Source: Octopus sinensis (lineage: Eukaryota). Taken from it: DNA of 64,000 nt. Below are positions 35,690 through 48,426 of this stretch, piece after piece. Every line of letters starts with the position of its first letter. Positions within the stretch are counted from its first letter, which is position 1. A program made the translations under genes and the position numbers. The notes beneath the pieces are model-generated. The model saw nothing but the letters and a program-made list of their open reading frames with translations. It was not told the DNA's origin and did no database searches. The DNA lies in assembly GCF_006345805.1 (NCBI RefSeq), contig NC_042997.1, positions 130,014,001-130,078,000 on the forward strand. The letters run 5' to 3'.

Positions 35690-35862
35690 GGGCTTTAGTG
35701 GAACAAATCGACCCCATTCCTTACCTTTTTAAATCTGGCATGTATCCTATTGGTCTCTTTTGCTAAACAACTAAGATATAGTAACATAAACAAACCAACA
35801 CCAAGTTGTCTGGCAAAGGGGTCAGACACAAACATAAAGACACATGCAAATATATATATATA
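35690..35862 (-). mobile_element. OR-like SINE 3' half
   Basis: GAACAAATCGACCCC, CTATTGGTCTCTTTTGC, AACACCAAGTTGTC. Confidence 0.65.
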
Positions 35863-35905
35863 CACTAGCACTATGACCCGGCGTTGCCGGGTCATAGTGC
35901 TAGTG
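35863..35905. other. Perfect 20-bp-stem palindrome, Helitron 3'-terminus-like
   Basis: CACTAGCACTATGACCCGGC-GTT-GCCGGGTCATAGTGCTAGTG; CCCGG hairpin ~10 nt from CTAG|T on both strands. Confidence 0.8.
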
Positions 35906-36519
35906 CTAGTCAAGCATATTTGGTCTTTCATGAAAATCCCGCTCTTTTGTCATTCACTTGGTCTAACTCATCAATTATTCCCTGCATTTCTCAAATCAAA
36001 AAAGCATGCACGTTTCAAAGCCAAAACAATGAGAGAGACAATAATAATAGAAAGTAATGGAAGACAGTAATGGTAAGTACATATTTACTAGATTGAATGA
36101 TGGATAAAGAGAGATAGGAGATGGCAATAGTGAGAATGTCAACAATGATTAGTCTTGGGGGAGAGGGAGTGATGGCTGGCAGTATGGAAAAGGAGATGCT
36201 AGGACATATTGGATCTGAAACAGATCCAAGGTAAACTTTTATAGAAAAATATTTTGATGTGAGAGAGAGAAGTAGAGATAAAGGTGGAGGTAGCAAGGTA
36301 TTAAATATGGTCTGGTTCAATGACATCTCTTATTTAGCAGGAAACATATGTATATGAGAATGATGATGAAGATCATTTTATCTTAATCTCTCTCTCTCTC
36401 TCTATTTATCTAAAAGTAGCAAGGGTAGTTTTTCTACCTGGCCAACTCCTGTGAACTGTCCTACCCATACATGTATGGAAGATGGACATAAAATGATGAT
36501 GATGATGATTTATCTACCC

Positions 36520-36610
36520 ATAAGGCTCTGATGAAGATATGGGATATTACTCTGGCACTCTATCCTGGCTGTGCAGTTCCATATAGTTGAGATGGCTGTA
36601 GGCTAATGCA
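36520..36610 (+). ncRNA. Degenerate minimal type-I hammerhead ribozyme-like motif (Penelope-like)
   Basis: CTGATGA 36528-34; stem II ATATGG/CCATAT; GAGA (for GAAA) 36589-92; short stem III with 4-nt loop; TA site 36599-600. Confidence 0.4.
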
Positions 36611-37599
36611 TACGATTACATAACTTCTGTTCTTTTGTCATTTATTTATTAATAAATATCATGTTCTGCACTTATCCTCTGGTTCGTGTAAGAGCCTGGA
36701 GTAGAGTCCGTCAGTATATTCACACTGCCTCACTGCTGGAGCTTAGTAATACTGCCTTTGTACTTGGACTTCTAACAAGTGGTTATTAGTTCTGCTATAG
36801 CAAAGCAAAATTACACACACACACACATTAATACATACATGATCAACTTAAGTATACAAGTTTATGTTTTTTACAAGTTGATAATTAGTGATTTTAAATT
36901 ACATCTTACTGTTGTTATTGTGCATACAAAATTGATTGATTGATTAATTGATTGTTTTTGTTGTTATTGTTTAGCCCCAAATTAACTCTGAATGAGCAGA
37001 TCTTTGATGAAAAACATTCCAGCTGCAATCATCTATTTTTTTCTTTTGTTAAGTATTGTGTACCCTGAACTTAATTGTTCAATGTCTCTTCTCTCTTTCA
37101 GACTGTAGAATATGATTTGAAGGAGAATTTTTCACTGTCATTTCTAGCAGGCTGAACGATCACTAAGAGACTCTTTCATTAGATCAATATTATATATAGG
37201 TTAGATGGTTGGTTGATAAGATAATGGACTTGCTACACATAGATTTAGAATTCTCATAAACTACAAATACTTAGACATGTTTCTAAGCAAGAAACATTGA
37301 TTTACATTGCCTCATTTTATATAACTGTCAAGAACAACTACCAGATTATTGTATTAGATTAGCCTTCTATCCAGGTGGTGGTTATCTCTCATCTGCTTAC
37401 TACTGCAAGACCTGAACTAATCACCGGACTTCTAAAGTTTCTCAGACATTTGACATTTATATAAAAGAATGAAAGACAAAGAAAATCCAAGCAGTAGTTC
37501 ACCTCAAGTTAAATGTTCAAAATGAAATCCTCAAAATCATTTGATTCAATGGTCTGCCAACTTTTCAGATCTAAACAAAGATATGATATTAGTTTAAAA

Positions 37600-37797
37600 T
37601 TTTGGCACAAGGTCAGCAGTTTCAAGGGAGGGTTTGATTACATCGACCCCAGTGCTCAAGTGGTACTTATTTTATCAACTCGAAAGTGATGAAAGGCAAA
37701 GGTGACCCAAGCTGCATTTGAACTCAGAACATAAAGCTGGAAGACATGCCCACTAAGCATTTTGTTCAGTGTTGTAACAATTCTGCCAGCTTGCCAG
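37600..37797 (-). mobile_element. OK-like SINE with ~23-bp TSD
   Basis: TAAACAAAGATATGATATTAGTTT / TAAACAAAGATTTAATATTAGTTT flanks. Confidence 0.8.
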
Positions 37798-37839
37798 TTT
37801 AAACAAAGATTTAATATTAGTTTTTTGTCACTAATCCAG

Positions 37840-37965
37840 GAAGTTCAGGGGAGGGGGTAAATCAATCACAACGACCCCAGTGCTCAACTGGTACTTATTT
37901 TATGGACCATGAAAGGATGAAAAGTAAAGTCGATCTCAGTGGAATTTGAACTCAGAATGTAGATG
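37840..37965 (-). mobile_element. OK-like SINE fragment
   Basis: CGACCCCAGTGCTCAACTGGTACTTATTT, GGAATTTGAACTCAGAA. Confidence 0.75.
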
Positions 37966-38419
37966 GACAAAATGTATCAGAAACCATTTATCATATATAT
38001 TATCACATTTATTATATACATTATCACATATACATTATTCATTGATATGCTCACACTACATAGCTGAAGCTGTTGGATCAGCAACTGCAGAAGTAGAGGC
38101 ACAATATGTTGTGTGACCTAATACTAGAAGTAAATTTCAAAGCACAACTCTCTTTCATTGAAATAGCTGAGATCACTTCCAAACATAACCTTTTTCTCAT
38201 TAACAGTTTGTAAGAATAAGCTGTGTTAATGAAATGCAGCATTTATTTAATTATTTATTTACGTGCTTATTTATTTATTCTTTCTCTTCTGATGAAGTAT
38301 TTTATTAACTCTTCTGTTGTTCTGAATCAAACTGAGATAATTCCTACAAAAAAAAAAAAAAAAGAAAAAATGCAAAAAAAAAAAAATCAATTAAATGTAA
38401 CTATTTTTTCTGAAGAAAC

Positions 38420-38420
38420 A

Positions 38421-38466
<46 letters not shown>

Positions 38467-38470
38467 GTAT
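38420..38470. repeat. (AAT)n microsatellite
   Basis: Direct reading. Confidence 0.95.
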
Positions 38471-39384
38471 CATTCTTCATCTTCTTTCCTATTTGCTTGC
38501 TACTTGGCTTTGTTTCTTGTTTTGAAAGTTTCTTCTGCATCTCTTCCTTGCACCAGTATGGGGCTTGATATTATAAAGCACCTCCTCCAATGACACAAAA
38601 GCAACAGCAGCAACAACAACAACATTGACATCAGAAACAACAACTATAACAGCATCAGCAACAATAACAATGACAACAACAACAACAGCAACATCAACAG
38701 TGGTCTCATTATATTGATAGTGATTATCCAGTGAATGGCTGCTGGTGACAGACTTACTCTTCTTTTGTATGATTCCAAGATTCCTCCTGGGTTTAGCAGA
38801 GGTGGGAGAGAACTGTGATTAGCTGTACAAGTCTCTGTGTGAACATGTGCATGTGTGTGCATGTGTGTGTGTGTGTGTGTGTGTGTACTTAGGCATTGTT
38901 CGGAGGGCCCGTGGTTGGATGCTTCTGGATTGTGCGAATGTATGGATATAGCTTTGACAGCATTAAGAGTGTGGGTGCAGGAGGGAGGTGTCACTGCGGA
39001 TAGATCAACCTCACCGTACCTGCCACCTTACCTTGTACAGTTTTTATGCACCCACCAATCTTTACCAATTGTTTGTCTCTCTCACTCACACTCACACTCA
39101 GTCTCTCTGAGTTATGTGTGTGTGTGTGTGTGTGCGCGTGCACATGTGTGTATGAGTGCGCGTATGCACATGCATGTGAATGTGAGTGTGCATATGTGTG
39201 AATGTGTGTGGATACATACATACACACCACACATATATGTATATGTATGCATGTGTGTGTATATATGTATTTATACATACATATACATATATATATGCAA
39301 GCATAGTAGGGAAACCCTGTGCGTTTGTGAGAAAAGGTATGAAAGTTACAGTAAAACCTTCTATCTTTTGATGCAAATATATTA

Positions 39385-39795
39385 AGACATCTGTATTCTT
39401 TTATTCTTTTAGTTATTTCAGTCATTTGACTGCGGCCATACTGGAGCACTGCCTTTAGTCGAACAAATCAACTCCATAACTTATTCTTTGTAAGCCTAGT
39501 ACTTATTATATCGGTCTCATTTGCTGAACTGCTAAGTTACGGGGCTGTAAACACACCAACATCAGTTGTCAAGCAATGGTGGGGGGGGGGGACAAATATA
39601 GACACACAAACACACTCACATATATATATATATGTATGACAGGCTTCTTTCAGTCTCTGTCTACCAAATCCACTAACAAGGCCCTGATCGGACCGAGGCT
39701 ATTGTAGAAGACACTTGCTCAAGGTGCCACACAGTGGGACTGAACCCGAAACCATGTGGTTGTTAAGCAAGCTACTTACCACACAGCCACTCCTG
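39385..39795 (-). mobile_element. Full-length OR-like CORE SINE
   Basis: All segments present. Confidence 0.85.
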
Positions 39796-40527
39796 TATAC
39801 ATACATCTAAAAACATACATACACATATGCCTGTGTGCATACACATATACACACATTGATACATGTCGATGCATTATTACATTAACACTGACACACACAT
39901 ATAATATCACATATACAATATTCATTGATATATTCACACTACTCAAAACCTCTCTAACACACATTGTCACTCACATACTGTCACTCCTGCTCGTAAACAT
40001 TCACGCACATACATAACATATACACAGACATGTATACATTGTCTCACACGCACACACACCAAATATAATCTCCCACACTCACAATCACTTCAATTAGTAA
40101 ACAAGTACATGAGTACATGGAAAATACATGCACTAAAGGTGAACTCTAAAATCAATCATGCATCAGGCATAGCTTGGTGAGAAGCTTGCTTCCCAACCAC
40201 ATGGTTCCAGGTTCAGTCCCACTGTGTTGCACCTTGGGCAAGTGTCTTTTACTATAGCCTTGGGCCGACCAATGCCTTGTAAGTGGATTTGGTAGTTGGA
40301 TAATGAAAGAAGCCTGTTGTATATATATAATAGAGTGACCTTTATTTTTCAACTTTTTAAATGTTTAGCTCTCACCTCACCATCTTGTTCCAATTAAGAA
40401 AAAAAAAAACAATCTATGTAAAATTTTAGCTCAGTCGAACAACTGCAAGGCGACCCTCACCAACTTTCGCCCAGAAAGTAATTTTTTCAGATAAAAGTTT
40501 TTTATCTCTTATATAATTTTCTCTTAA

Positions 40528-40748
40528 CCCTTTCGTTACCATATTTATTTTGAAATGCTCTGTGTTTCTTTCAATTATTTTAGATGTAACAAAGAATTTA
40601 GTAAAATAACTTAGTTATCATTAAGCTAGTGTTAGGAACATAAATTGTGATTAAGGTTTGGTGGAAGATTTTAATTCAGAACTTATGAAAACAAGATATT
40701 TGTACTACAGAGCCAGAGGCAGTTTCAGCTGGGTTGGTATCAAAAGGG
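40528..40748. mobile_element. piggyBac-type MITE (221 bp)
   Basis: TTAA|CCCTTTCGTTACC ... GGTATCAAAAGGG|TTAA. Confidence 0.88.
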
Positions 40749-41269
40749 TTAAATTAAAAACTTCTTCAGACTTATTCTTGGTAATAGAAGGATAAGTGAC
40801 AATGAATATAATGGGAAAGGCAACTTGCAAAGTGGGAGACAGAGTGCAGGTATAGGGCAAACACCTATTTTTCACCGTCATCCAATCGATGGCCAGCCAT
40901 GAACGAGTGGGGTTGTGTTGTGTTTGTCCGCTGAAAGAATTGTACAGCACCTAATGGTAGTGTTGAGAAATAAAATATTAAGAAATATACGTTGGTAATA
41001 AACAGTGAACTAATATGACCTGTCCATGTTTGTAAATATAAGTTAATTTATTTGTAATAACTTGTAAGCTCTCATTCATTTTGTTATGGACCATTATATC
41101 ATAGATCTTCCCCTGTTGTATTGGTAGCCCTGACAAAGTTGTAATACCATGTTTATAACCTCTCCATCTTTATAATGATATATGCTTTGTATACTTATTA
41201 TCAATGCCTTAGAATAAAATTTAGAGAAGCGAAGTGAAATTTGATGACGGGCACGAGCACCATACGAGC

Positions 41270-41765
41270 GTGATCATTGACAGTGCAGCTAACCGGCTTC
41301 TGTGCCAGTGGAACATAAAAGGCACCATTCGAGTGTGATCGATACCAGTGTCGCCTTACTGGCACTTGTGCCCCGTGCTAGTAGGGTGCTAAGAGCACCA
41401 TCCAAGCATGATCGTTGCCACAGCGGCTAACTGGCTTCCGTGCTGGTGGCATGTAAGAGGCACCATTCGAGCGGGATCGTTACCAGCATCGCCTTACTGG
41501 CACCTGTGCCATTGGCATGTGTAAAAAGATTTGAGCAAGGTCATTGCCAGTACCGCCTGACTGGCCCCCGTGCCGATGGCACATAAAAGCACCCACTACA
41601 CTCTCAGAGTGGTTGGCGTTAGGAAGGGCATCCAGCTGTAGAAACTCTGCCAGATCAAGATTGGAGCCTGGTGCAGCCATCTGGTTTACCAGCCCTCAGT
41701 CAAACCATCCAACCCATGCTAGCATGGAAAGCGGACGTTAAACGATAATGATTATGATGATGATG
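41270..41765 (+). mobile_element. RTE 3' UTR array + tail inserted in the hATm-like element
   Basis: CACCATTCGAGC..GATCG units, TTAGGAAGGGCATCC, (GAT)n. Confidence 0.85.
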
Positions 41766-41799
41766 AGACACACAGAAATACAGTACAAATTTGACCTAA

Positions 41800-43130
41800 A
41801 TGACTATCAAGAATTAGTGTTGCACTGGGATAGATATCTGCTCCCAGCACTCGCAGGCATTGAAAAGGTTGATAGACTGGCAATGATAGTAACTTTTCAA
41901 GGCAAGAAGCAATTGTTGGGAGTCCCTGAAATTCCAACAACTCAGGAGAACAGCAAGTCATGGCTGTTTACCAAGCAGTGGAGAAGTGGGGTATAACCGA
42001 TAAAATTCAAGATCTTTGCTGTGATACAACAGCAAGCAACACAGATCGAGTGAATGGTGGCAGTACAAATCTAGAAAAGTTGTTCAATTGCGACCTGTTG
42101 TACTTCCTTTGCCGTCATCACATTTTTGAGTTATTAGGAGCTGTTTTGACAACTGATGGATGCAACTTCTGGTCCAGACATGGCATTTTCCAAAAGATTT
42201 AGAGAACACTGGACGAAACTCAACAAGAAATTTTACATAACTAGTAGCAATGAAGTGCTTGATGATGTCCACTCTACCATTCTTGGATTTTTTGAATACC
42301 AGCTCTCTATGCAGAAACAACAGCGAAATGATTACTGAGAACTGTTGGAGTTAAAGATGATCTTTCTTGTCAGCATTCTGAAGAATGGGGTATCGTTTCG
42401 TACACCAGGACTGTAAGTCATGCTAGGTGGATGTCAAAAGTAATTTACACATTCAAGATATATCTGTTTCAAGAACAATTTCAGTTACCTCCTGGGGAGA
42501 AGAACTCTTTAAGAAGAATATGTATTTTTCTTGCTCAAGTGTATGTTCGAGCCTGGTTTCTGTCATCAGAAGTAATTAAAGCACCTTATCATGATTTTCT
42601 ATTCATGTATCAACTGATAAATTATCAGAATATTGATCCAGAAATTAGTAAGGCTGCTGCGAAAAAATTCTCCATTCATTTCTGGTACTTAGCTCTTGAA
42701 ACTGTGGCTCTGTCCATGTTTGATGACAATGTTCCAACAGAGGTGAAAGCAAATATTTCTCAAGTTATATTAGAAGCAGACAAAGGTAAAGAAGAGGAAG
42801 AAGAAAAAAATCAACTGAAGAGGTACATTCTGCACTAAAATAACTTTTCTTCCTTTACAAACATCGAGTTCTCATCTTTTGTAGCTCCTGGTACAAAAAC
42901 TTTCTTCATGAGATTTTCTATCAGCACTGATTTCCTCGACGAAGACCCTTCAACATGGAAGAATGATCCTAGTTACAAAAGTGGACTTGAAAATCTTGAG
43001 AAGACAGTTGTGAATGATGTTGCAGAAAGAGATGTCAAATTCATTCAGGATTATAACATTCTCACAAACAATGAAACTGAGAAACAGTTTGTTTACAGAT
43101 CATTACCAAAAACCATAAGACAGACTCAAC
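41800..43130 (+). pseudogene. DDE transposase remnant (hATm-like)
   Basis: LHWD, CCDTTASNT, CRHH (CxxH), HARWMSK, FWYL, VVNDVAER; multiple frameshifts and stops. Confidence 0.8.
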
Positions 43131-43607
43131 TGCCATAAATTTCTCTCTTATGCAAAAATAATGTTCAATATTCAGTGTTCATATTGTTTTGGGGTCAATA
43201 GAAATTATTGCTGTAAATAAAAATGCATTTCTCTTATAGAAGTTGTGTGATTTATTAAGAAAACCTAATATTTCTTAAGTTTTTCATCTTATTTCAGGAA
43301 TTTTTCAAATCAGCTATTGGTAAATTTGATTCAGAACGTTTTTAAACATCTGTTCGGGTTGCCTGGATATGTCCACATAAATTTCTCAAAGAAAAAAAAA
43401 AAGAAAATGGTGGAGAAAGGGAACAGTATACTGCTTTTGAAACAATATGTTGTGTATACTATGTTCCAACTTCAAGGTATTTGAGGGTCGCCTAGCAGTT
43501 GTCTAATTAAGCTGAAATTTTGCATACCCTGTTATTTTGCTTATTGGAACAGGATTGAGAGGAGCAAATTATAACTTTCAAAAAGTTACCTATATGCTGA
43601 GGGCCAC

Positions 43608-43648
<41 letters not shown>

Positions 43649-43927
43649 GTATATATTTATGTGTTTGTGTTTGCTCTCCCACCATCACTTGACGACCAAT
43701 GCTGGTATTTATGTCCCTGTAACTTAGAGGTTCAACAAAAAGAAACCGATAGAATAAGTACTATCCTTACAAAGAATAAGACCTGGGATCAATTTCTTTG
43801 ACTAAAATCCTTTAAGGCAGTGCTCCAACATGGCCACAGTCAAATGACTGAAACAAGTAAAAGATAATATATAGGTGGGTGTGTGTGTGTGTATCTATCT
43901 ATCTACTTATACTCATATATATATATA

Positions 43928-44520
43928 CTAGCAATATTGCCCGGCTTAACAGGGATTTCAGGGGAGTGTTTCAGGGAGTCGCTGGCGATGTATCGTGATG
44001 ATCAAAAATCCGGCCTACTAAAATTTGGTTAAAGTGATTCAAACTGCAGACTCAACGCAAAATGGTCACATTTAATTCAAAGCATTAAAAATGTTATGAA
44101 AACAATTGGTATGTATTCACAAAGTCCAAACGATTAATACGAAAAAACCCTCCAGGCTACATTCCGAAAATTCATTTCTTTGCCGAATTTCTACAATGTT
44201 TACGGCGATTTGTTTTTATATCTTGATTTGTTATTTTTCATGCAATTTATGCATGCTTGCACATGTGGTGAACACAGTTCACGTCAAACAGCTGACTGAG
44301 TAAAGTTCACTATTCAATACATGGGATAAGGCCTTAACAAACACATTATCAAGTTTTGCACTTGCGAGATGAATTTCGGAACAGAAATAGCGCAGTTCAA
44401 TTTTCATTTGCCTAAACTTTAAGTGACCTATTTTTGGTGGTTCTACGATTTGTTGGCTAGGAGGAGATGTGCTGGGAAGTTAAACACACAGACACAGAAG
44501 TTGAGTTTTATATATATAGA
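43928..44520 (-). mobile_element. Non-autonomous Helitron (593 bp)
   Basis: Minus strand A|TC start, CTAG|T end, degenerate CCC..GGG hairpin 43940-43954, no TSD. Confidence 0.75.
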
Positions 44521-44522
44521 TA

Positions 44523-44945
44523 TCATCATCATCGTCGTTTAACGTCCGTTTTCCATGTTAGCATGTGACCATTTTGCGTTGAGTCTGCAGTTTGAATCAC
44601 TTTAACCAAATTTTCAGTTCAACCGTTCAGTTAAACAGTTCAACCGGGGTCTGGGAAGCCAGGAGGCTGCACTAGGCTCCAGTCTGATCTGGCAGTGTTT
44701 CTATAGCTGGATGCCCTTCCTAACGCCAACTACTCCGTAAATGTAGTGGGTGCTTTTTACGTGCCACTGGTACAGAAGCCACGATGGCCTTCTTTCAGTT
44801 TCCATCAACCAAATCCACACACAAAGCTTTGGTTGGCCCGAGGCTATAGTAGAAGACACTTGCCCATGGTGCCACACAGTGGGACTGAACCAGGAACTAT
44901 GTGGTTGAGCAGCAAGCTTCTTACCACACAGCTATGCTTGCACCT
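44523..44945 (-). mobile_element. OR head/CORE joined to RTE tail
   Basis: Head 44945-44785 runs directly into the GTGGCACGTAAAAAGCACC tail; tail itself interrupted at 44565-44640. Confidence 0.7.
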
Positions 44946-45599
44946 ATATAATATTAATATAACATTTTCATGAGTCCTGTCATATCTGTAAGCCCTGTAG
45001 CATGTAAAAAGCATCCACTACACTCTTGGAGTGGTTGGCATTAGGAAAGGCTTCCAGCTGTAGAAACCATGCCAAATCAGATTGGAACGTGGTGCAGCTC
45101 CCCAGCTTAACAGTTTTCAGTCAAACTGTCCAACCCATGCCATGATGGAAAGCAGATGTTAAATGTTGATGATGATACACATGTATTTGTGTGCTCATGT
45201 GAATGTGGGTGTGTGAGTGACAGTTGTAAATGAGCCTCATCACTATCATACTAGTGGTGTCATTTGTTTCCAATCTTCCATGAAAACATGTCAGGCCATA
45301 TGAGGAAATATCAAATGCTTGGAAATAGGTGAGGGTTGATGACAGGAAAGGTATTCAGCTGTAAAAAATCTGCTTCACTGAATTCCATCTGACATATGCA
45401 AGCAGCATGGAAAAAATGGATATTTAACAAGGCTTTATTCAATGATGATGATGATGATTATGATATATTCTCTTTTACTCATTTCAGTAATCTAGGCAGT
45501 CCCAATTGTTGGAGACTATCTAGAAACGTCGTAGTGGAAAATATTAACCCCAGCATATATTTTAAACACAAACAGTTTTTTCTTTTTTTTATTTTTCAA

Positions 45600-45930
45600 C
45601 GTTGGTTCAGTCCCACTGCGTGGCACCTTGGGCAAGTGTCTTCTACTATAGCCTCGGGCCGATGAAAGCCTTGTGAGTGGATTTGGTAGATGGAAACTGA
45701 AAAGAAGCCCGTCGTATATATGTATACTTATGCTGGTGCCATGTAAAATGCACCCAGTACACTCTGTAAAGTGGTTGGCATTAGCAAGGGCATCCAGTTG
45801 CAGAAACCAAGCTAAAACAGACTATGGAACCTGGTGCAGAGCTCCAGCTTGCCAGTTCCTGTCAACCCGTCCAACCCATGCCAGCATGGAAAAAACTGAT
45901 GTTAAATGATGATGATGATGATGATGAATG
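45600..45930 (+). mobile_element. OR CORE joined to RTE tail
   Basis: GGTTCAGTCCCACTGCGTGGCACCTTGGGCAAG...GAAGCCCGTCG then GGTGCCATGTAAAATGCACCC...(GAT)n. Confidence 0.75.
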
Positions 45931-46649
45931 TTACCAATCCACCAATTATCTGAATTTAAAATATGTATGATGATGATGATGGTGTGTGTGTGTGTTTTTA
46001 TCCATCTGCCTGTTTATATCTCAACCTATATTAGATAAATTTATGTCTTCTAAACCAAACTATATTATGCATTAAACTATCTCTGTGATTTCATCCAACC
46101 CATTTTTAGCTTGCATTTTCATTTTTTTCCCATTATTTGCCTGACATTCTATGTCAGAATAAATTATGATTCCTTCTTTTTGTCTGCACCATTAATAACA
46201 AATTAAGAAAGTAATTGGGAGTATAATTCCCCATAGATGAGATAGCACTACCATTTTCTTTATCATTGCTACCTCATAGCAACATTTGCAACATTTTTAA
46301 AATATGAAATAAAGCAAAAAAAAAAAATGGTTCTCATGAATTTGTCCAAAAGACTTCCATTTATATCAAAAGAATACAATTTCAGAATTTCCCAAGAGTA
46401 TAGTTCCATTACCAAACTGCTGGTTCATTCAATTTTTTTTTTTGGCTTTTTACTACTTTTTGTTTTTGATAAATTGATTAGCAGAAAAAATAATTTAGGT
46501 TTCCTTCTAACATTTTTTCCATTAATTCATTAATATTTATTTGAATTTATAGACATAGCATAAATTTCAAGGTAAACAAAACTGAGTGGTTAAATAAAAA
46601 TTTGAGCTTAGAATATCTGTCTGGTAAATCTTATGGTACTACTGGTTTT

Positions 46650-47030
46650 TGTCTTGCGGTATGATTCTCTTCTTCTTTATGCCTTTAACCCTCCAACACG
46701 GAGTATAAGCCACTTATAGTTGAATTCCATGTCGCATAATTTTTGGCTTCTGTACTTATACTCTTCCATGAATGTCCTCCTTCCTCTAGTTCCTTTTGTG
46801 TTGATCTCCACCATGAGTTCTTAAGCCTACCTCTCCTTCTATATCCATCCGGTTTCTACTGTAAAGCACTTTTTGCTACATTTGGTGTGTCTTTTCTAAT
46901 TGTGCTACCAATCCACGTCCACTTTTTCTTAAATATTTGCTCCCTGGATTCTAAATGGTTAATTTTCAACCAACTGAGGAAGATATGGCCAGCTCTCTTG
47001 TCAGTCTATCTGTTATCACAGGACTGAATA
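46650..47030 (-). pseudogene. RTE (Expander/SR2-like) RT C-terminus with (AAG)n end
   Basis: KKKWTWIGSTIRK..AKSALQ*KPDGYRRRGRLKNSWWRS. Confidence 0.75.
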
Positions 47031-47579
47031 AAATACAGTGGGATCTCCATAATCTATTCCATATGAGCATAATCTATTCCAGAGCCCTGTTCATTAATCA
47101 AATTTTACAATTGAAGTATATATAACTTAGGGTAATCCATTCCAAACCAAACCTAAACACCACATAAGGCATAAGATGTTTAATTTGTTCATCTATTGAT
47201 AACAAATACATACATACATGTGTGTGTGTGTGTGTGTGTGTATGTTTGTGCCACATTAAAACCACTGGTGCTGGTGCCACAAAAAAAGCACACAGTACAT
47301 TCTGTAAAGTAGTTAGCATTAGGAAGGGCATCCAGCCATAGAAACCAAACCAGGACAGACAATGGAGCCTGGTGCAAGCCTCCAACTGGCCAGTTTCAGT
47401 CAAACCATCCAACCTGTGCCAGCATGGAAAACAGACATAAAATGGTGATAATGATGTGTGTGTGTATCTGTGTGTATGTGCATTTTTCCCCTTTGTCTTG
47501 CATCTAGTAATCCATAATTATGATTTGAGCAAAAAATATGACAAATTCTATTATTTTTATTTATTAAAAAAAAAAAAAG

Positions 47580-47795
47580 AGGGCAAGCTGGCAGAATCGT
47601 TAGCACACCAGGCGAAATGCTTAACGGTATTTCGCCTGTCTTTGCATTCTGAGTTCAAATTCCGCTGAAGTCAACTTTGCCTTTCATCCTCTCAGGGTCG
47701 ATAAATTAAGTACCAGTTACGTACTGGGGTTGATCTAATCGACTGGCTCTCTTCCACCAAATTTCAGGCCTTGTGCCTATAGTGGCAAGGATTAT
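47580..47795 (+). mobile_element. OK-like SINE (second tail type)
   Basis: Head, B-box, Nin-like core, AAATTTCAGGCCTTGTGCCTATAG tail. Confidence 0.85.
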
Positions 47796-48426
47796 TTTCT
47801 ATTTAAAATATGAAAATTTGAAAGCTCATGAAATTCATATGTGGATGTTAATTAACTATTTGTACACACTTTCCTAGTCATTTTTATGCATGCGTAGTCT
47901 ACTCATGGTTTGCAGTTCAAATCTTAGCTCATTGATTGATTGAATACAATATTCGTAAAAAAAAAAAATTATTGACTCTACAATTTATTCACTTATAGCA
48001 TGCTATTCATATATGCTCTCCCAACACATATATACATGAATTTGTTGTTCATGGTTGAATATGATAACAAAAAAGTATAAGTAAAATTCCTTACTGAGTG
48101 ATATAGACTCATAGGGACAGTTTCCCAGTTTCCACGATGTATGTATATATTCCCCACCTGGATAGGACACTGGTCCATCGCAGGCTGAATATAGTTTTCC
48201 TCAATAAAACCAACCATTCATTATTCAATTTGCTCATTTAGAGAACTGTTCATATATGGATACTCCACTGTATTTGATTTTACATGATTAGTTGTATCAT
48301 CATTAGGGGATCAGCTCAATCACATTTCAATTGAAGTCAGTCGGATTCTAACTGCTTGTCTAACTTCAACAACAAGTGAGAACTGAACTAATGAATCACG
48401 TTAAATTTCAGTGCTGCTGCTGTTTG

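Larger units (their letters stand above)
40331..43611 (+). mobile_element. hATm-like DNA transposon, 3281 bp, ~130-bp imperfect TIRs
   Basis: TAGAGTG...CACTCTA termini; ACAACTGC(A/T)AGGCGACCCTCA in both arms; 8-bp flanks ATATATAA / ATATATAT. Confidence 0.75.
40165..43870 (+). mobile_element. OR-like SINE split by DNA transposon (halves about 40165-40330 and 43612-43870)
   Basis: Head/CORE ends GAAAGAAGCCTGTTGTATATA; body/tail resumes after (TA)n at 43650. Confidence 0.8.

Noticed and set aside
36661-36789. 42-codon small ORF MFCTYPLVRVRAWSR...
   Set aside because: Length expected by chance, abuts a putative Penelope remnant, no supporting signals
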